64,000 nucleotides of DNA from an uncultured Candidatus Rokubacteria bacterium (GTDB lineage: Bacteria; Methylomirabilota; Methylomirabilia; Rokubacteriales; CSP1-6). Shown in pieces: positions 57,989 to 64,000 of this stretch. The position numbers and the translations under genes were made by a program. Each line of letters opens with the position of its first letter. Position 1 is the stretch's first letter. The stretch is from the NCBI GenBank assembly GCA_963771355.1, contig CAVYTA010000006.1:2560001-2624000 (forward strand). The letters are read 5' to 3'. A model generated the notes under the pieces. The model made no database searches, was not told the origin of the DNA, and saw only the letters and a list, made by a program, of their open reading frames with translations.

Positions 57989-58156
57989 GTCCGCCTACGT
58001 GCGGCCGTCGGCGATTCGCCGGATACTTCTCCCGGACCACGAGTCCATGAGCTTGGCCCCGGGCACACCGATACGGACGCTTGAGTCCGGGCGGAGATCG
58101 TGTAACCCTCAGGGCCCTGGAGACTGGGACCCGGTCCTGAAATCGAGCGAACAGCC

Positions 58157-59015
58157 GTGGAGAACATCGTCAGCGTCGGCTTCGACCTCGCGAGCTTCAG
58201 CGCCATCATGGTGCTGATGGTCACCGGCCTCGGCGTGATCGCGAGCATGATGGGGATCTTCAATTTCGCCCACGGAGAGTTCCTGCTGCTGGGTGCGTAT
58301 ACCGTCTACCTCACGCACAGCCACGGTTATCCCGTGTGGGCCGGCATGGTGGCCGCGCCGTTCGTGGTGGCGCTCATCGGCCTCGCGCTCGAGCGTGGCG
58401 TGATCCGGTTCTTCTACGCTGAGCCGGTTGTCGCCATGCTCGGTACCTATGCCATCGGCCTCGTCATCCGCGAGAGCGTGCGGGGGCTCATCGGTGGCCT
58501 CTACCACTCGGTGCCCGATCCCCTCATCGGCTCGTTCAGCCTGGGCGCGCTCCAGCTCTCCCGCTGGCGCTGCATGATCATCCTCGTCGCGGCGGTCGTG
58601 CTGGTCGGATTCTGGATCCTTCTGACGCGCACCGGCATCGGCCTCACGATCCGGGCCTCCCTCGAGAACCCCGCGCTCGCGCGCGCCTCCGGCATCTCGA
58701 CCAACCGCGTCTACGCGCTCACCTTCGCCGTCGGCGCCGGCCTCGCCGGCCTCGCCGGCGGGTTGATGGTGCCGATTTTCTCGATGTTCGCCGACCTCGG
58801 CGTACGCTTTCTGATACAGGGCTTTCTCGCCGTCCTCCTCGGCGGCATCGGCACGTTCGAGGGGCCCGCCCTCGGGCGCCGCCGTGATCGGCGTCCTGAG
58901 CGCCGGGCTGCCGTGGATCCTCAGCCCGGTCCTCGCCGACGTGCTCGTGTTCGTGATCGCCATCGTCGTCGTCAAGTTCCGGCCCGCTGGTCTTCTCTCC
59001 ACCGAAAGGAGCTGA
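58157..59015 (+). CDS. Branched-chain/urea/amide ABC permease (LivH/UrtB-like); frameshift near 58873
   Basis: MGIFNFAHGEF, GLTIRASLEN, GLAGLAG, VLLGG; C-terminus KFRPAGL in a shifted frame. Confidence 0.88.
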
Positions 59016-59019
59016 ATCC

Positions 59020-60247
59020 ATGCACCGAGAGCCCGACTTGGTCCGCTCGACCGCGTCGCTGGACCGCCGCTCACTCCTCACCGGCGCCGCGTGGGCGGTC
59101 GGCGCGGTGGCGCTCGGGCGCGGTAGCTTCACCGTGCCCCCGGCATGGGGTCAGTCGAATCCCATCAAGGTCGGTATCGCCACCGACCTCACCGGCCCCA
59201 TCGGCTTCGCGGGCAAGGCCAACGCGAACGTGGCGACGATGGTGGTCAACGAGATCAACGCCAAGGGCGGGGTGCTGGGACGCTCGCTGCAGCTCTTCAT
59301 CGAGGACACGGCCTCCAACGAATCGGTGGCGGTGAACAACGTGCGCAAGCTCATCCAGCGCGACCGCGTCGACGTGGTGTTCGGCGGCATCACCAGCTCG
59401 ATGCGCAACGCCATCAAGGACGTGATCGTGACGCGGGGGCGGACGCTCTACATCTATCCTCAGCTCTACGAGGGCCAGGAGTGCACGCCGTATATCTTCT
59501 GCACCGGGCCCACCCCGGCCCAGCAGTGCGACGAGTTCATCCCCTGGCTGATCAAGAACGGCGGCAAGCGCTTCGCGCTCCCCTCCGCGAATTACATCTG
59601 GCCCAAGGTGCTCAACCAGTATGCGCGCAAGGTCATCCAAGCCAACGGCGGCGAGGTCGTGTTCGAGGAGTACTACCCCCTCGACCAGATCGAGTACAGC
59701 GCGACCGTGAACAAGATCATGACCAACAATGTGAACGTGGTCTTCAACACGGTCATCCCGCCCGGCGTCGGCCCCTTCATCAAGCAGCTGTACGAGGCCG
59801 GCTTCACCAAGCGCGGCGGCCGCCTGTCCTGCGTGTACTACGACGAGAACACCCTCAACATCAACGCCGCCCACGAGTTCGAGGGGCTGGCGAGCTGCCT
59901 CGACTATTTCCGCACCATCAACGACCCGTTCAGCGCCAAGCTGCAGGCCGATTACGACAAGCTCTACCCGGGCACCGTCCTCTTCACCGCGGGCAGCGCG
60001 GCCACCGGCATGTATCGCGGCCTCAAGCTCTGGGAGACCGCCGTCAACCGAGCCAAGAAGCTGGACCGCGAGAGCGTGGCGGCGGCGCTGGATCGCGCGC
60101 GGATCGAGCAGGGGCCCGGCGGAGGCGGCCGAGATGGTCCCGGGCAAGCGTCACTGCAAGATGAACATGTACATCGCCGTCGCCAAGAATGGGAACTACG
60201 AGGTGGTCTCGCAGAGCAAGGGGCTCGTCGACCCCAAGGAGTGCTAG
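59020..60247 (+). CDS. Urea/amide ABC substrate-binding protein (UrtA/AmiC-like); frameshift near 60125
   Basis: DRRSLL Tat-like signal, EINAKGGVLGR, GGITSSMR, YPQLYEGQEC, NYIWP; C-terminus ..LVDPKEC-stop. Confidence 0.85.
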
Positions 60248-60260
60248 AGCGAGGCGCCGG

Positions 60261-61256
60261 ATGATCCTCGTCCTCGAGTTGGCGCTGCTCGCGGTGGGGC
60301 TCGCCTTACCGCTCGCGCTGGACCACTTCTGGATCGTCTTGGCGACGCGTATCGTGCTCCTCTGCCTGCCCGCGCTGAGCTTCGACCTGCTCTGGGGCTA
60401 CTCCGGTATCATGAGCTTCGGGCAGGCCCTCTTCTACGGCACGGCGGCCTACAGCGCCGCCCTCCTTGGCCCGCGACGCCGGCTTCACGTCGATCTTTGT
60501 CATCGTGCCCGCGTGCACCCTGATCGGCCTCGTGCTCGCGCTCGTCATGGCGTGGTTCCTCCTGCTCGGCCGCTACCCGCCCAGCACGATCTTTGTCGCC
60601 CTCGGCACGCTCACCGGGGCCTACGCCGCTGACCGCCTGGCCCGCGGCTGGTACTACCTCGGCGGGCAGAATGGCATCCCCTCGATCCCGCCCCTCACGG
60701 CCGGTCCCTTCACCATCGCGGAGGGGCCGGTCTACTACTACCTGGCGCTCGCGGTCCTCGTCGTCGTCTACGCCCTCTGCCGCGTGCTGGTGCGCTCCCA
60801 GTTCGGTCTCGTCCTGGCGGGTATCCGGCAGCAGGAGGAGCGGCATCAGCTTTCTCGGATACCGGGTCCAGCACTTCAAGGCCATCGTCTTCACGCTGGC
60901 CGGCGGCATCTGCGGTCTTTCGGGCGCGCTCGCCGCCTTCCACGATGGCTTCGTGTGGCCGAACTTGCTGGGCGTGCTCCTGTCCACGCAGATCGTGCTC
61001 TACGTGCTCTTCGGCGGGCGTGGGCATGCTGGTGGGCGCCGTCATCGGCGTCGCCAGCATCGAGTATGTGAGCTTTCTCCTCGCCGATAGGTTTCAGACG
61101 TTCTGGCCGATCCTGCTGGGGCTGCTCCTGCTCTTCGTCGTTCTCTTCCGCCCCAGCGGGCTCGTCGGGCTCGTGGTGACCGAGCGCGAGCGGTTCGGCC
61201 GCTTCGGCCGCGCGCCGGCGCGCACGGAGGCGGGCCGAGGCCATGGCGCTGCTTGA
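60261..61256 (+). CDS. ABC permease (LivM/UrtC-like); about 3 frameshifts
   Basis: DLLWGYSGIMSFGQALF, GGQNGI, RSQFG, FRPSGL spread over three frames. Confidence 0.85.
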
Positions 61257-61978
61257 GGTCTCGGGCGTCAGCAAGCGCTTCGGCGAGCTCCGGGCCCTGG
61301 CGGGGTGGACCTGCGCGTCGAGGCGGGCCAGATCCACGGGCTCATCGGGCCCAACGGCTCCGGCAAGAGCACGCTCATGAAGTGCATCGCCGGCGCGCTC
61401 ACGCCCGACGCCGGGGTCATCCGCTTCGCCGACCGCGACCTCACGCGCGCCGCGCCCTCGGAGCGCGCGCGGGCCGGCCTCAGCATCAAGTTCCAGATCA
61501 CGAGCGTGCTGCCCGCGCTGTCGGTGTACGACAACATATTGCTCGCCCTGCAGGCGCCGCGACTCGCTCGTGTCGCTGCTCCGCTCGGCCACGCGACGGG
61601 CACGGCACGAGTCCGTCATGACCGCGCTCGAGCGATTCCCGCTGCTCGGCCGGGCCGATCAGCTCGCGGGCGCGCTCTCGCACGGCGAGCAGCAATGGCT
61701 GGAGATCGCGATGGCGCTCGCGACCGATCCGACCCTTCTCCTGCTGGACGAGCCCACCGCCGGGATGAGCCTCGAGGAGCGCCGTCTCACCGGCGAGCTG
61801 CTCGCGCCGATCAAGAGCCGTTGCGCCATCCTCATCGTCGAGCACGACCTCGACTTCATCCGCGACGTGTCCGACGTCGCTCACGGTGCTCGACCAGGGC
61901 AGCGTGCTGGACACCGGCTCGGTCGAGGCCATCCAGGCCAGCCCCAAGGTGCAGGAGGTCTACCTCACCCGTGTCTGA
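61243..61978 (+). CDS. ABC ATP-binding protein (LivG/UrtD-like); about 3 frameshifts
   Basis: [35 protein letters not shown]. Confidence 0.87.
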
Positions 61979-62674
61979 CGCGCCCCTGCTCGCCGTCCGC
62001 GGGCTGTCGACGTACTACGGCCATAGCCAGGCCCTGTTCGACGTCGACCTGGTGGCCGGCCAGCGGGGGGCGGTGGCCGTGCTCGGCCGCAACGGCGCCG
62101 GCAAGACCACGCTGCTCAGGACGCATCGTGGGAGAGCTGACGCCGCGGCAAGGGCAGATCGCCTTCGAGGGCCGCGACGACACCCGCACGCCGACCGAGC
62201 AGCGCGTGCGGCGTGGCCTCGGGTACGTGCCGCAGGAGCACGCGGTCTTCGGCCGGCTGTCCGTGCGTGAGAACCTTGCCGTCGGTGCCGTGACGCGGCG
62301 CGACCCCGGCGCCGTCGACGAGGTCGCTCACCCTGTTTCCCAAGCTCGGCCAGCGGCTGAACCAGCGCGCCGGCACCCTCAGCGGCGGCGAGCGCAAGAT
62401 GCTCGCGGTGGGCCGCGCGCTCCTCACGCGTCCGAAGCTCCTCCTGCTCGACGAGCCCACCGAGGGCGTCTGGATCGGCGTGATCGAGGAGATCGCCACT
62501 CGGCTCGCCGAACTCGCGAGCCGCATCGGGCTCGTTCTCGTCGAGCAGCATCTCGAGCTGGCCCTCTCCGTCGCCCAGTACGCCTACGTGCTGGATCGCG
62601 GCCGGGTCGCGCTCGAGGGCCCGTCCGCGACGATCAGGAACGACCCCCGGCTTCTACGCTATTTGGCGCCGTAG
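61971..62674 (+). CDS. ABC ATP-binding protein (LivF/UrtE-like); 2 frameshifts
   Basis: [32 protein letters not shown]. Confidence 0.87.
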
Positions 62675-62731
62675 AGGCAGGGCCCCGAGGACCACCCGAA
62701 GCATCATGACCAACTGACCAAGGAGGCTCCC

Positions 62732-64000
62732 ATGGCCGTGTCACCGCCGACCTCAGATCAGCTCAAGGTAATCGCCGACGCGATGGGGCTCGCCCTCACC
62801 GAGAGCGACCTCGCGTCCTTCGTCGCGCTGATGAAGCCGAGCATCGACGGCTACAATGTGGTCGACGCGCTGCCCGGACAATTTGCCGGCGGTGAAGTAT
62901 CCGCGCACGCCGGGCTGTCCGCCCCCAGCCCGAGGAGAACACGCGCAACGCCTGGTACGTCAAGACGCGCGATGGAGGGCGCCCCGAGCGGCAAGCTCAA
63001 GGGGAAGACCGTCGTGCTCAAGGATAACGTGATGCTCGCGGGCGTGCAGATGATGAACGGCGCGTCCACGCTCGAGGGCTACACGCCGGAGATCGACGCC
63101 ACCATCGTCACCCGCATCCTCGATGCCGCCGGCACCATCGTCGGCAAGGCGCACTGCGAGTACTTCTGTCTGTCCGGGGGCAGTCACACCAACGCCACCG
63201 GCCCCGTCCACAACCCACACAAGATGGGCTACTCGGCCGGCGGCTCGTCGTCGGGGAGCGCGGTGCTGGTGGCGCTGCGCGAGGTCGACATGGCGATCGG
63301 CGGAGACCAGGGCGGGTCGATCCGCATGCCAGCGTCATTCTGCGGCATCTACGGAATGAAGCCGACCCACGGACTCGTCCCTTACACCGGCATCATGCCG
63401 ATCGAGATCTACGTCGACCACACGGGGCCGATGACGGGGACGGTCCGGGACAACGCCCTGCTCCTCGAGGTGATCGCGGGCGCCGACGGGTACGACCCGC
63501 GCCAGTACTCGCCGAAGGTGCACCCCTACACCGAGGCCCTCGGCGGCGGCGTTGACGGCCTCAAGATCGGCCTCGTCAAGGAAGGGTTCGGCCTGCCCAA
63601 CTCCGAGCGCGACGTGGACGCCAAGGTGCGCAAGGCGGGCGAGCTCCTCGGCAAGCTCGGCGCGAAGGTCACCGAGGTCTCGATCCCGTGGCACACGCTG
63701 GCGGGCGCGCTGTGGCTCCCTATCGGGGTGGAAGGCCTCACTCAGACGATGATGTGGGGTGACGGGTACGGCCTCAGCCGTCCCGACCTCTACGTGGCCA
63801 GCCTCATGGACTTCCACCGTGGCTGGCGGCAGCGCGCCAACGAGCTCTCGGAGACGACGAAGCTCTTCACGCTCCTCGGCACCTACATCCACCAGGAGCA
63901 CGGCAGCCGCTACTACGGCAAGGCCATGAACATCACGCCGTCGCCTCACCGCCGCCTACGACGCCGCCCTCGCCGAGCACGACCTCCTGATGATGCCCAC
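62732..64000 (+). CDS. Amidase of the C-x3-C signature subgroup, partial and frameshifted
   Basis: Hand translation: AGGAGG RBS, MAVSPPT..; KGKTVVLKDNV, GKAHCEYFCLSGGSHT, GYSAGGSSSGS, GGDQGGSIRMPA. Absent from the ORF track. Confidence 0.88.
   Translation, partial: MAVSPPTSDQLKVIADAMGLALTESDLASFVALMKPSIDGYNVVDALPGQFAGGEVSAHAGLSAPSPRRTRATPGTSRRAMEGAPSGKLKGKTVVLKDNVMLAGVQMMNGASTLEGYTPEIDATIVTRILDAAGTIVGKAHCEYFCLSGGSHTNATGPVHNPHKMGYSAGGSSSGSAVLVALREVDMAIGGDQGGSIRMPASFCGIYGMKPTHGLVPYTGIMPIEIYVDHTGPMTGTVRDNALLLEVIAGADGYDPRQYSPKVHPYTEALGGGVDGLKIGLVKEGFGLPNSERDVDAKVRKAGELLGKLGAKVTEVSIPWHTLAGALWLPIGVEGLTQTMMWGDGYGLSRPDLYVASLMDFHRGWRQRANELSETTKLFTLLGTYIHQEHGSRYYGKAMNITPSPHRRLRRRPRRARPPDDAH

Noticed and set aside
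57905..58156. Riboswitch (guanidine classes) or sigma54 promoter upstream of the amide ABC operon
   Set aside because: No recognisable conserved motif or GG-N10-GC promoter by eye; only a 10-bp GC palindrome CAGGGCCCTG. An Rfam scan would be decisive.
58800..64000. Programmed frameshifting or phase variation
   Set aside because: Several indels per gene, no common slippery heptamer or long tract, and density rising toward the window end; assembly error is simpler.
1..64000. CRISPR arrays, tRNA/rRNA genes, IS transposases, prophage genes
   Set aside because: No regularly spaced repeats or such motifs seen; intergenic gaps are nearly all under 260 nt.

Overview
High-GC (about 70% by eye) bacterial DNA, densely packed with about 64 mostly catabolic and transport genes. 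Enzymes include amidohydrolases, amidases, SDRs, LLM flavin oxidoreductases, MBL-fold hydrolases, a LigAB-type ring-cleavage dioxygenase and a three-subunit xanthine-dehydrogenase-family molybdoenzyme. Transport genes include four ABC importer clusters, an MFS and an OprD-type porin. There is also a zinc-ribbon/cyclase/AAA/TPR signalling protein, two ankyrin proteins and a DUF222-HNH gene. I found no rRNA, tRNA, CRISPR array, transposase or recognisable transcription factor. The porin implies a diderm cell. The gene mix is reminiscent of Candidatus Rokubacteria-type soil genomes (inference only). More than 20 single-base frameshifts break otherwise intact genes and cluster after 58.8 kb, so they are most likely long-read consensus errors. 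Most notable: (1) the DUF222-HNH gene has a ParB-like helical N-terminus, a perfect 18-bp parS-like palindrome inside its own coding sequence, and a structured 240-nt upstream region; (2) a -10 hexamer sits 7-9 nt before the start codon in at least nine genes (leaderless mRNAs), often as overlapping bidirectional -10 boxes; (3) two 149-aa paralogues of an uncharacterised dirigent/AOC-like protein each lie beside an ATPase-less Dpp-type ABC cluster, one within a LigAB operon; (4) a C-x3-C amidase follows an amide/urea-type ABC transporter and is absent from the ORF track.
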